This document shows, piece by piece, positions 27,319-40,997 of a stretch of DNA of 64,000 bases. A model generated the notes under the pieces. That model saw only the letters and a program-made list of their open reading frames with translations. It did not search any database and was not told the origin of the DNA. Source of the stretch: Octopus sinensis (Eukaryota). The number at the start of each line of letters is the position of its first letter. Position 1 is the first letter of the stretch. The DNA is taken from NCBI RefSeq assembly GCF_006345805.1, contig NC_042999.1, positions 79,236,001 to 79,300,000 on the forward strand, in the 5' to 3' direction. Made by a program: the position numbers and the translations under genes.

Positions 27319-28631
27319 TGAAATACAAAATATTACAATTAAAAAAAAAATTCCTAATAATATTTAATTATAAAAATACACTAAGATATTTTTTTATATA
27401 GAGTGATTGGTTATGGAGGTCCAGTAGAATAAAATAGGTCTCAGAGGGATCTATAGGGGAAAAATTGTGGTTCAAATCCTGCCGTGGAAGGAATGCACTG
27501 AGACCTCATACGAGATTCTTTTTATACTCATAGTTAACCCTCGATGGTATTACAGCGATCCACGGTATTCAACCTGCTGATAGCAGACGCTACCTGGTGA
27601 TAATAAGAGTAAATATAAAAGAGCAGAATAACTACTGTCTCGGGTTAGGTGTGGTGGAAGACAATAGGTGACCCAGTACTAACTAATCAAACATAGTGAT
27701 ACACAAGGTGGCCGAGGTCACTTGAATGGGGCGAAGAGGAAGAAGTGGTGATGGCGTTAGATGTATTGGTGATATTGGTGGAGTTGTACGATAATGATGG
27801 GGTGTTAGCGGTGGAGGTATGTGACAGCGGCGGTGGCGGGATGCGGTGATGGCGGTGATGTGGTGAGGCTTGAGTGCGGCACGAAGGCGTTTGGTTGGCG
27901 TTTGCGATGGTGATATGGACTTGTGCGTTAAGATGGTGGTGTGATAATTTTGTGATGTTGGAGGCAGTGGTATTAGAAGTGAGGGGGGGGTACAGATGAG
28001 CTATGGTGAGGAGAAAGAAAGAGAGAAGCGGGTGCAGGATTTGTAGCGATCTCAGTTAGCCTTTTACCCCATACGATCTACCCGGTTTAAAAGCTATAAT
28101 CTGGCAAACAGACTGTGACCCGACTGACGTCTTGCATGTACCTCTCGCACTCAACAATACTATCATCTTACCTCTTCAGCTTCCCCCTCCTTTCTCTTCT
28201 CCTCTTTCACCCCTATTTATCTCCGTCTTCCGTGTCTCTCTTTCTCTCGACTCCCTCCACTCTGCTTTTTGTTAATCTGTTTATATCTTTTTCTCTCTTC
28301 CTCCATCCTTCTCTCTCCCCTCTCTCCCCTCTCTCTCTCTCTCTCTCTCTCTCGCTCTCTCTCTCTCTACCCCTTTCTTTCATTCATATAATGCACAGAT
28401 TCTTACATTCATTTAAATACACGTGCACGCAGAAAGGTGAAGAAAAGGGACACGGAAGAAAAAAGAAACGATAAAACCGCAGAAAACACATATCTTAATC
28501 ATCTACAGAGCTTTCTCACTCTTTTATATTTCATATCCTGTTCCAGCATGACCACAAACAACAACTTGGAATAAGTAGAAGAATATACAGACGCACAAAT
28601 ACATATTTAATTGTATGCACATCCACATACA

Positions 28632-29420
<789 letters not shown>

Positions 29421-29711
29421 AAAAAAATATATATATATACACCGAGAGAGAGAGAGAGAGAGGGGGAGAGGGAGAGAGAGAAAGAGCGGGAGAGATAGAG
29501 AGTGGAGGAGAAAAGCAAGAGACAAAGCTATATAGATAGCTAGATGAAAAACATCCAACATGAAGAAACAATGAATGAGAGAGAAGGGGTAGTGAGGCAA
29601 GAGGGACATATGGATCAATGTCTTTGATAAATGGAAACTGAAAACGAAAAGACAATATCAGACATAAAAAGAGCAAAACATACTAATGCATCTATCTATC
29701 TACCTACCTAC

Positions 29712-29785
<74 letters not shown>

Positions 29786-31744
29786 GTGTATCTATGTAGC
29801 TATCTATCTATCTATCTATCTATCTATATATCTATGCATGTGTGTGTGTATGTATCTATGTATAGCCATGTATATAATATAAGTATATACCATGTACACA
29901 CACAAACGCACACACACGCACACATATACACACACAGACACACATGCCTGAATCAAGCTGGAACCAGATTTAGCACAAGACAAATAGTCAGAGATAATTA
30001 TCTCGGACTGATCATCTGTTGAGATGAGAATTTTAAGTAGGAGACCTAAGTGGTAAGGAAGAAGTCGATGTTGTTTTTGTTGTAGTGATAGTATTTACTG
30101 TAATCGCCACCGCTCTTCCCCTCTTCGAACACACTCCATCTGCTACCTTATACATTCCACCACATGTAGACCCTCTTTCACATACACCTGATTCCATTTT
30201 CAATCTTGGGAGATATTATTCCTTCTTTTGGTATTTTTGAGTTCTTTTTTTTTTGTGGTGGTAGTAGTGGAGGGAGGGAAGGTTCATTTTGTTTTCTTTC
30301 TGTCATTCTTCCGTTGGTATTTCATTAATTTCATTCATTTCGTTATCGACTTATTCTTTCTTCTTTCATTTCATCCATATATATATGTTTGGTATACATA
30401 CATGCACACATATGTGTGAGTGTTTGCGTGTGTGTTAAAAACGTATAGTATATGCACAATCGAAAAACACACACAGAATGACAAGTTAAAAAACATATAG
30501 TGAATGCACAGACGAACGGAAAGCAAACACAGAATGCAGAGTCAGACGAAATTTCGTGCCTTTAACGATGATATTGATCCCTCCTGGTGACACACACACA
30601 CAAACGTGTATGTATTTTGCAAGACTGCTGAGAGAAGGTCGAAAATGCGTCAAATTTTATACACACACACACACATTTTATTTAATTAAAATAAGTTTAG
30701 CATTTTTACATAAAGAGAAAATAGGTATAGTATATTCTATGCATTTATATGTATAAAAATAAAAAATATAACAAAAAAATGTTTTCGCAGAATGAATAAA
30801 ATTGGTGTAGCTAAATTTGGCATATATAACGCTAGGGAGAAAATGGAAAACACCAGATCACATGTTACTTCGAGTATTTTTTTGCATAGAAAAAATTTAA
30901 TGCATCTATTTTTGTGCGTGTTGCACCTTAAAGAGGTTTGTAATAGGTAAAAAAATATATATGCAATAGACCAGGATGCGGTTTACTCTGATATTCAGCT
31001 TTTTTAAAGTATTGGGCAATTTTTTCCATAAGTAAGAACGATGTGAGTTAAATCAATAAGTAAACAAAAACTAATGGGTAACATGTGTTTCAGTAGCGTG
31101 GCTTATTCTTGATACGAGTCTATTACATAACAATATGTCTATTACATAACAATATGTAAATATGTATTGTTACATAACCATTCCATTTCTTCAGGTGATA
31201 TTTTGTCAAATATAGATGTATTTATGCATGTCATTATTCAGTTTTATTTCAAGATTTCTTGCCAACAGAGAAAGAGCTGGTTTCTAACCTATATCCAAGG
31301 CTCCGTCATTAGAATTTCAACATCAACAACAGGGTACTTTTTGTATGTATGTATACATGCAGATTTGTATGATTTGTTTTATATAAGCCTCTCATGCGTA
31401 TACTTTCTTATCTAAACATGATCGTATGTACGTATGTCTATTGTAAGGTACACATAGCTCAATTTGAAATATGGTATAAATATTGCAGCAGATATTTCAG
31501 TTATCACAGATCTATGAGCTTCTTATGTTTCTGTATCGTCATTAGCAAGTAAAAGAAGGTTATTTTCAGTACAATCGAAATATATCCTAGTCATAAATGT
31601 CGATGACTGGGATATATTAAACCGAAAGATTCGGGTTAAATTAATATTTATCTTAATATCTAAATGTATATTTACGAACGTAAATTTCGTGTTTATCTTA
31701 CATATATCCGTTATATGTTCCTATATATACAATATATACATTAT

Positions 31745-31935
31745 ATTGGACAAAATGCTTAGCGGCATTTTTCGACTCCTCACGTTTTAATTTCAAATGC
31801 CTCCGCGGCGGACTTTGTCTTGCAACGTTTAGAGATCGATAAAAGAAGTTACATTTGAGTACAGTGGTCGATGTAAACGATTTTCCCCTTCCCTCAAAAT
31901 GGCTGGCATTGTGCCAAAAATGAGAAAGAATTATT
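31745..31935 (+). mobile_element. SINE A, first unit of a local tandem duplication
   Basis: ggacaaaatgcttagcggcattt...gtggtcgatgtaaacga...ttgtgccaaaaatgag. Confidence 0.75.
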
Positions 31936-32000
31936 ATTGTGGTGCAGCATCGTGTTTATCTTTACTTTATATTGGACAAAATGCTCAGCGGATTCTCCCG

Positions 32001-32179
32001 ACTCTTTTACTTATTTCAGTCATTTGAATGTGGCCATGCTGGAGCACCGCCTTTAGTCGAGCAAATCGACCCCAGGACTTATTCTTTGTAAACCTAGTAC
32101 TTATCGGTCGCTTTTGCCGAACCGCTAAGCATCGGTTGTCAAGCGATGTTGGTGGGACAAACACAGACACACAAACATA

Positions 32180-32261
<82 letters not shown>

Positions 32262-32422
32262 TACTACGGGCTTCTTTCAGTTTGCGTCTACCAAATCCAC
32301 TCACAAGGTTTTGGTCGACCCGAGGCTATAGTAGAAGACACTTGCCCAAGGTGCCACGCAGTGGGACTGAACCCGGAATCATGTGGTTCGTAAACAAGCT
32401 ACTTACCACACAGCCACACCTA
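32001..32422 (-). mobile_element. Full SINE B nested in a SINE A
   Basis: Complete tail to head. cgactctt duplicated at 31999-32006 and 32423-32430; the interrupted SINE A resumes at 32423. Confidence 0.9.
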
Positions 32423-33298
32423 CGACTCTTCATGTTCTGAGTTCAAATGCCGCCGCGGTCGACTTTGCCGTATATCCTTTTACGATCGATAAAATAAGTT
32501 TCAGCTGAACACGGGGGGGGGGCGATGTAAACGACTTTCCCCTCCCTTCAAGATGGCTGGCCTTGTACCAAAAATGAAAAAGAATTTTTATTATGGTTCG
32601 GCATCGTTCGTCGAACACTCCGCGTTGTTGTAACAGAAAGGTATACCAAGTCATATATTGAGAAATATCTGTATACGCACAAGCTCACCACATACGCTTG
32701 AACAAGCACGCACAATCATCTCGCCTTAACTGCAACAAATCACGAAACAGTTGTCAAACTTGAACCCAGTCAAATACTTATTTTATGACCTTCAATTCTA
32801 GGGAGTGAAAAGAATGGTAATTACTGACACGAACTAAGCATTGTTGTCCATTTCTAAATTCATTTCTTCCTTCATTAATTTACTAACTCTAACTACACAT
32901 TAATATCTTTCTTTAATGTTAGTTACTTGCGTGTCCGGAAGAGCAGCTAATATTTTCCCTTTAATTAGTACTGAAAAGCCATTAAATCCATTTCCTATAC
33001 TAACCTAGCATACTGTTAGAGAATACAAACGGCTCAACATTATATCGGTTAACATATTTTCCAGGCGTTGATTTAAGCGAGACATACCTACATGAAAATC
33101 CTCACTCTAATTACACACGTGCGTCCCTCACATGGATGCATACATACATACATACTTGCGTACACACATACACACACACACATATACAAGCACATGAATG
33201 TATAAAACACCTATGGAATGTCAGTAGACATGACTGTGATGCGGCAAAATTGATACAGGAAATCTCTTATAATTAAATACATTTTATGCCAGCCAGCG

Positions 33299-33376
33299 CA
33301 GTAGTAGTAGTAGTGGTAGTAGTAGTAGTAGTAGTAGTAGTAGTAATAGTAGTAGTAGTAGTAGTAGTAGTAGTAG
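33299..33376. repeat. (TAG)n microsatellite
   Basis: Direct inspection. Confidence 0.95.
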
Positions 33377-33654
33377 AGGTGGCTGGCGGTGGTTTCGCTG
33401 TTAGTTGTAACTAAAGTTAGGAGGTTGAGTTAAGTTTCGTATACTGTCTGTCTCTCATGTTGATGTCTAGGCCTGATTAGAATGTAACTCCTGCTTCACC
33501 CACACCTAATGTCATACAAGTTATTAGCTTTCTTCCATTTCTTATCGTTCTTCTCTTTTTGTTGTATTTGATATCTTTTATTTTTGAAGGGTACTGTTAG
33601 GCATCAGAATCGGCGCGTGTGGTGGATGGCAAATGTAATGATAATAATTGGAAG

Positions 33655-33950
33655 AATTCTTTCTATTATAGGCATAAAGACCTGAAGTATTTGCCAAAGG
33701 AGCTAGTCGATTACATCGACCCCAGTGTTCGACTGGTACTTATTTTATCGACCCCGAAAGGATGAAAGGCAAAATCGGCTTTGGCAGAATTTGAACTCAG
33801 AACATGAAGACAGACGAAATACCTCTAAACATATATAACAACAGCAATAACAATGATAAATTTTGGCACAAGGCCTGAACATTTATGGGGAAGGGGTAAG
33901 TCGATTACATTGACCCTAGTGTTCAACTGATACTTATTTTATCGACCCTA
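33655..33950 (-). mobile_element. Two tandem SINE A fragments
   Basis: gtcgattacatcgaccccagtgttcgactggtacttattttatcgacccc at about 33705-33755, repeated at about 33897-33950. Confidence 0.85.
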
Positions 33951-35185
33951 GATCTAGTCTTTCTCATTCGCAAAATGAGCCTCCCTTAATTTACTCAGAT
34001 TGCTTTCAATTTTGGTGTATCGATGCAACTCTGAATTTTCATTACTATCAACCAATTACTTTATCTCGTAAATTAAAGAATCTGATGTGATTTGGAATTA
34101 AAGTTGGGAAATTTGGGTAATTTTAGCCAATCAACAGACAGCAGGACATTAGCAGCTTGTAGCCATGACAACTGTTGTGGTTCACTGTTGTCTGTGCCGC
34201 TGTTGTCTATGTTGATTTCACCCGCGAGTTTAGTTTTAATTTTTCTGTGTTGTTAGTATATTACATATTTTTCTGTGCTTCTGTGTGTTAGTATTTTCCT
34301 GTGCTTTTTCTCTTTGTTAGTATTTTTACATATTTTTCATTTCATATGTTTTTGAGACTCAAAGGCTCAGATAGCTGGATTTATGATTTCACTAGGTTAA
34401 TTCTATTCATAAAAATTTAAATTAGGAGTATTTCTTAAACCGTTAGCTTCATATTTCAACAGCTTAACTAAAATTTAGCTCACGTAACAGGAACTGAGAA
34501 GGATATAGTGGGGCAGATAAACTGCGGGTGATACAGATAATTTGACATTATTTTTTTAATTCTGCATGCAAAAACATATAAGATACAGGTATTCTTTTCC
34601 TTGGGACAAATTCCTTGGGGGGAAATTCTTATCGTAGTTTACAAATCCAAGCATGAAAACTTTACTCAACTTTGGGGTTTTGGACACAGACGTTCCTTTT
34701 TCACACACACACCACACACACACACGCGCGCGCGCGCGCGCACTTATATATTAATGATGTACATAAATATATAGCAAGTATACATAATACTGAAGTACGC
34801 ATAAAGTAAACGCATACAGACGAATATATTAATAGTACAAATTAAAAAAAATAATTAAAACATGCAATCACTGAAGAGACAAAAGAAACAGTAAGATGAT
34901 ACATGTTGATTTTATTAGGTATTTCTGTTTATTTAGAAAACTACAATAAGTTGACACCGCTCCGCTAAACGCAGAAAATTTCTGTCTCGATATTTGACTG
35001 AAAATACCTAATTTTTTCGATTTTTAAACCTCTGCAACTGGGAACTGGAAGGCTACATTATTATAGCCGATTTTCAGATTTTTTACTTCCTTTAAAAAAA
35101 ATGCATATTTTGCGAATGAAAAAAAAAAAACAGATCCCCGATCCCTAAAGGATGAAAAGCAAAGTTGACTTCGATGTCATTTGAA

Positions 35186-35947
35186 CTCAAACTTTATGGT
35201 AAAGATGAAACTCAAGTCAGTTCCCTCGTTGATACAGTGTATACCTTCAGTGCTGATATCAGAATGGAGTTTGGACTGAGAAAGTGTGGTGTGTTAGTCT
35301 TGAGAGAGACAAAATCAAAGAGATGGGCGAGCTAACGATACCGTGGGTGGGAGGTTATGAAGCAGATAGAACAGACGGGCTATAAGTACTTGGGGATTTT
35401 GGAAATGCATAAATTAATAAGGAAAGAAATGACAGAAAAATTTTTAGGTGGAGTACTTGCGCAGACTGAGATTGATCCTTAAGTCGAAATTAAACGGATA
35501 GAAGAAGATTGAACTATCAGCGCCTGGGCGGTTTCACTCCTTAGAGTAATCGCATGGGTAATCGCATGGACAGTAGACGAATTAAACAGCTTAGACAGAA
35601 AGACAAGGAAGTTGCTAACTAGATATGGGTCACTCTACCCAAAAAGTGACAAAGAAAAAGAGAGGGAAGAGGACTTATTGGATGTGAACACAATATTAGA
35701 GAAGAACACAACATAGCATGGTATATAAAATATGCCACAGAACCGCTATTATTAGAAGTAAGAAGGTCAGGCTTGTGTAGGATGAAAAATTGCAAAGATA
35801 AAGCACCATACAAGCAATTGAAAACGATTGAAACTGAGAATAGGTGGGTAAAGAAAAGAATGCATAGACAATTTCATAGGGATGTTGAAGATAAGACAGA
35901 CAGAGAAAAAAAGATGGCTGTGGATGACTAAAAGTGATTTAAAACCG
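35186..35947 (+). mobile_element. R4/Dong-clade (RLE) LINE fragment 1, RT C-terminal part, pseudogenised
   Basis: LKLYGKDETQVSSLVDTVYTFSADIRMEFGLRKC...YKYLGILE...EYLRRLRLILKSKLNG...LDRKTRKLLT...GRGLIG...MHRQF...WLWMTKSDLKP, with stops and frameshifts. Confidence 0.85.
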
Positions 35948-35958
35948 TAAGCTCGACC

Positions 35959-36383
35959 CAGGGCCGGATTAAGACACATCGAGGCCCTAAGCACAATCAA
36001 GAAATTTTACTGCCCTCATAAAAGATTATGTAATTCAAAATATAAACAATAACAAACCATAAAATATTTTTTTTCAAAACGAAACAAAACAGTAAGAGGG
36101 AAAATAATGTTTATTTTTGTATACTTCCACTTCATTTGTATTTGAAAAGTTTCCTCCAATCTTTTTGAATTGCAAAGTCTTTGATCAGATCCTCAAAATT
36201 AATCTTAGATAACACGTCTGCATCTATACTTAGTAGAGATAAAGGAATCCCGAATATTATTTTAGCAAGTTTAAAGTAATTTCTTTCGTGCCGTAAACCA
36301 TTTACCATTTCTGTGATGTCCCCCTCCTTTCCTTGTTGCCCTAAGCACATGCTTATTTTATTTAATGGTTTAATCCAGCGCTG
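35959..36383 (-). mobile_element. Complete non-autonomous hAT element (425 bp) retaining a transposase C-terminal remnant
   Basis: TIRs cagggccggattaa / cagcgctggattaa (12/14). 8-bp TSD gctcgacc (35951-35958) / gctcgatc (36384-36391). Peptide ERNYFKLAKII..LSLLSIDADVLSKINFEDLIKDFAIQK resembles the hAT dimerisation-domain terminus. Confidence 0.85.
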
Positions 36384-37155
36384 GCTCGATCCCATTAGCT
36401 TTTAAGATTGCCATCCACCGTCGACCCAGTAGCGAATAAATCATCATAGTTATCCTTATCGTTAGAATCATTATCCTTATCGTCGTCAGTATCTATATTA
36501 TTATCATCACCAAGATCATTATAGTCATATTTGTAACGATCATTATAACCACCACATTTCTGCTTATCATTCTAACCACGATGGTATTCATCATCGTGAT
36601 CATCGCTATTAACAGCGCCATCGTCGACGTCGTAGTCGTCATCATCATCATTGCCCTCTTCATCATAATATATTCATAATCCTCATCGTCACCATTATCA
36701 TCATCATTACAACGATAGCCAGCAGCAGCAGCAGCAGCGACAGCAGTAACATTAACTACTATTACTATATTACATGATATCCTGCTGCCTGTAGACGTCA
36801 TTAGTGTGAAATGAAGCCGAAATAATAAGTGTTTCACAAGTAAAATGATATTTAAGAAATAACGATTACAGAGAAGAGTCAGAGGAAGTTATAATGGAGT
36901 GAAATACATTTGATTGATGTATGTCTCCTACATAAATTTATAAACCCATCTCTCTCTCTCTCTATCTATCTACCTATATATATATATATATATATATATG
37001 CAAATACATATATCTACGTATGTATGTATGTACGTATCTATCAATGTATGGATGTATCTATCTATCTATTTATATCTATCTATAAACATGTATATATGTA
37101 CATATATACATGTATATATACATATATACATGTATATATGTGTATATATATATAT

Positions 37156-37221
<66 letters not shown>

Positions 37222-37604
37222 TATATATAATAATATATATATATAATATATATATATATATTAATATATATATATATATATATATGCAATCAGACACACA
37301 ATCAGAGGTCCAGCATGGGCTTAGCCATAATGCCAGCAAAAAATATTGAAAATTACTAATGAGTAATTTTGTCAAGATGTCGGCCTATTTATCATGTCTT
37401 TCCGGGTCCGACTACACTGCACTGTACCTTATGGACAGTTATATCTTTAATACAACGTCTAAAAAATATTGTTCTCAGTATATACATACACTACACATGT
37501 GTGCGCATGTGTGCTTGTGAATGTGTTTGTGTGTGTGTGTGCGAAAAAGAGAGTGTGTGTATGTATGTATGTATGTATGTATATATGTATGTATGTATGT
37601 ATAC

Positions 37605-37790
37605 GCGAGAGCGTATGGTCTAATGGTTAGGGTGTTACACTTAAGATCATAGTTTCGATTCTCGTTCAGACGATGCACTATATTCTTGAGCAAAGCACTT
37701 CAGTTTTTGTTGCTCCGCGATCACTGCGACATCAGACACGTGGTGCACCGTGCACTTTTAAAACAATGCCGGTTTGATGGAAGGATGCAA
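37605..37790 (+). mobile_element. tRNA/CORE SINE family F, decayed
   Basis: tggtctaatggttagggtg...gtttcgattctc...ttcttgagcaaagcactt. Confidence 0.6.
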
Positions 37791-37989
37791 CTTCAAAAGT
37801 ATAAATGAAGTCAACTACATCCTGTGCTGAGAATATTTTTTTCCAATTGAAACAATCACTCAAATACATGCACTCAAATACATGCACTCAAAAAACATGC
37901 ACTCAAATATGTACACAGACATACGTTTATAAATACGTGCATACATATGCACACACACGCGTACATAGCCACGCATATATATATGCATG

Positions 37990-39690
37990 ACTTACAGTTT
38001 CAATATCATTAACTGGTCAATTACTGAAATATGTAATTTTGACAGAAAAATACGAAAATTGCTGACAATGCATAGAATGCACCACCCTAAGGTAGATATA
38101 GAACGACTGTACCTGCCAAGGAAAGAGGGTGGCCGTGGACTTTTACCCCTGGAATTAACAATGAAGATTGCCACGATTGGCCTAAGCACCTATCTGAAAA
38201 ACTTTGATAACTGGATGTTAAAACTTGTCTTAAAGCATGTAAACAAGAAAACATCATACTCAGTAACAAAACAGGCAAAGGAATATCTAAGTGTATTCCA
38301 AGGACAATAAATCCCAGAATCAGAAGTACTGGAAACAAGCACGGAAAAAGCTAAGCATATGAAAACCCGTGATAAAACTGCTGCCTTAGATATTCTTACT
38401 GATAAAGATCAGAAAGAAACCTCTCAATGGCAAATAGCTAATAATGCCGATGTTGACAAAGCCCTTACCCTTCAATGGTTAGTATCTTCTGGCTTAAAAT
38501 CAGAAACAAAAGGATTTATCATAGCAGATTTGCTAGTCAGTCGCTTGACCTGAACCAAATGAACATGTCCATTGGTGGCTGATGATATGTGCGTCACGAA
38601 CAGAAGCAGTGGGGGAGCATCACAGTCATGTATTGCGCTGAGTTATTTAGAGTTTGGATAATTCAGCTCTGGAAACGTGGGTATTTCGTTAAGCATCCTT
38701 AAACAACCCTTATTTAGGGACCTTTTGAGCAGGATGGGCTACTCAACCTGGAGAAACTTCTAACTGGGCCCCACTTGCAAAGTCATGCGCTGCTAATCTT
38801 AATATGAGATCACTGTGTCGCGCACAAAGACCTTACCCATCAATGGTTAGTGTCTTCTGACTTAAAATCAGAAACAGAAGGGTTTATCATAGCAGCCCAT
38901 GAAAAATGCTTACCTACAAGGAGCTAACAGAGCAACATATTAAAGAACGCAGTAGCCCAACATTTCGTGTATGTAAACAACAAAATGAAACCATTGATCA
39001 TGTTGTCCCCATGTGCAGTCTTCTTGCGTCAACGGAGTATCTCAATAGGCATGATAGAGCAGCACAGTATATTCACCGGGTAATTTGCAAAAACCTGGAC
39101 CTGTTCCATGATAAAACCTGGTGGGCACACAAACCATCCCAGTGCTTGAAAATGATCACGTCTCACTCCTCTGGAACTTTACGGTTGAAACTGACAGAAC
39201 GGTAGATGCGAATAGGCCAGGCATTATATTGAAAAACTTCAGACAAAAATCATATCTCCTCATTGATATGACTGTCCCAATCGACATAAATGTATTTGTC
39301 AAGACATACCAAAAACTGTGCAAGTATAAAGATCTTGAAATAGAAATTAGCAAAATGTGGAACCTCATGACAAAAATAATGCCTGTTGTCATAGGTGCCC
39401 TAGGAATGATAGCAAAAGGAGCTGATTACTACCTAACTCAGATACCAGGAAACCCCAAATGGCAGAAATTCAAAAGTTAGTGCTTATGGGAACTGCCCAT
39501 ATCCTACGTAAAATACTGTCTATGTAATCTCAAAATTTTAAAACAAACACATGATTTTCTTTTCTTAAACATTCTCTACTATGTGCGAAACCAAATATAT
39601 AGTACCCTAGGTATAACACCAACTTGAACTTCTAACTTGTTGTCGCTTGAGGTCTCTGGGTGAGACTTGGAGTCATCTTGTACAAGTCCA
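37990..39690 (+). mobile_element. R4/Dong-clade LINE fragment 2: post-RT region, CCHC finger, RLE endonuclease and 3'UTR
   Basis: YSFNIINWS..DRKIRKLLTMHRMHHPKVDIERLYLPRKEGGRGL; LKSETEGFIIAA; (F)RVCKQQNETIDHVVPMC; YLNRHD; LWNFTVETDRTVDANRPGII..LIDMTVP..KYKDLEIEISKMW..VPVVIGALG..GTAHILRKIL, stop at 39525-39527. Confidence 0.92.
38528..38826 (+). mobile_element. Family D segment inserted in the R4 ORF
   Basis: Homologous to 43630-43895 (gatttgctagtcag...agggaccttttgagcaggatgggctac...gatcact.tgtcgc.caca). Confidence 0.85.
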
Positions 39691-40090
39691 AAATCCCGTC
39701 GGGGTCCACTTTGTCTTTCATCTATTCAGAGTCGGTTGTTTAAGTATCAGTTGAGAATTGGAGTGATGGAAGTGGAATTACAATAGAAGAAAAAGGTTAC
39801 TTTACGGAAAACATGTGAGTTTGTACCTCAGCAACTTTACGATATTTTGCTCGGCTTCTTTACGCTCTGAGTTCAGTTATCGCCGGTCGACATTGGCGTT
39901 CATTCTTCCAAGTTCAACGATGAAAATATGATTGATATAATCGACTGAACACAAATAATTCATATTGATCCTATGTTCCCTTCTTTCCATTTGAGATATT
40001 TTCTTTTAAGGGAGTCCACTATCAGTAAGAAAGTGCACCCGTGAAATTATGAGGGATAAGATATACGTGTGTTGTGTTGAAAGTAATGTG

Positions 40091-40269
40091 GAGCGTCTTA
40101 CGTATAGATCATATTTTTATGATGGTAATGTCAGGCAACTGGCGTATCAAGTAAGTCTCTCACGTATAGGTTATATTTTTATGGTGGTAATATCAGACAA
40201 CCGGTGTATCGAGTGTCTTACGTATAGGTCATATTTTTATGATGGTAATATCAGACAACCGGCATATCA
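40091..40269. repeat. About 60-bp minisatellite, 3 copies
   Basis: cgtatag starts at 40101, 40163 and 40221. Unit cttacgtataggtcatatttttatgatggtaatatcagacaaccggcgtatcgag. Confidence 0.9.
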
Positions 40270-40339
40270 GTTAGCTTGTAAAACCACCCCTCGTTTTGGC
40301 GACGATTTGCTTTTGTTGTACCATCCTTGTTGGTTGAGA

Positions 40340-40525
40340 TGAACATTCGATTACATTGATCTTAGCACTAATACTTTCTATTATCGAACCTACTCTGAGC
40401 TCAGGGAAAGATGAAAGCAAAGTCGACTTGAACGGGATTTGATTTCAAAACGAAAAAATAAACGGAACAAATAGCACGAGGTATATCGCCCGACGTTCTA
40501 ACAATTCTGCCAATCCATTGCCTTC
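40340..40525 (-). mobile_element. SINE A, old
   Basis: gatgaaagcaaagtcgacttgaacgggatttga...caattctgccaatccattgcctt. Confidence 0.7.
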
Positions 40526-40931
40526 CTGAGTTTATGTTTAAAAAATCAATATTAGATTGCCGTCTCACCGTTGTATTTCCATTAGCTTCTATCTACGAAC
40601 GTTCATCCTGAATAAATATCATTCTTCTGTTTATTCCTCGACAACATGGTAGCCACATGTAATTGATTCATGGAAACTACATTCATGTTAGACTAAATTG
40701 AAGTGGAAGAAACTATAGGAAGCTGGTTCGAACGTCTTATAATATTTACTTACATACCCCTATGTATTTAAGTTTAAATCTTATAGAATCCGGTTAGGTG
40801 TCGTAGCTTTTTAGCCCCACTCAGGGTGCAATTTAGTTGATTACGAGTTAAAAGGATTTCTTGTGTAGCTATCATTTTACCCTTATTAATTTTTTTCAGG
40901 AATAGTGTGCCTACACACACACACACGTATG

Positions 40932-40994
<63 letters not shown>

Positions 40995-40997
40995 TAT

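Noticed and set aside
29987-30008. Palindromes gagataattatctc (also cgataattatcg at 50916 and tgaacttaagttca at 61543)
   Set aside because: Several 12-14 bp palindromes are expected by chance in 64 kb of AT-rich sequence
33955-34700. Complex non-microsatellite block that looks like a DNA-transposon interior
   Set aside because: No TIR, TSD, ORF or second copy is visible in the window, so it cannot be classified
40091-40269. Regularly spaced repeats as a possible CRISPR array
   Set aside because: The units are contiguous tandem copies with no unique spacers, and the context is eukaryotic
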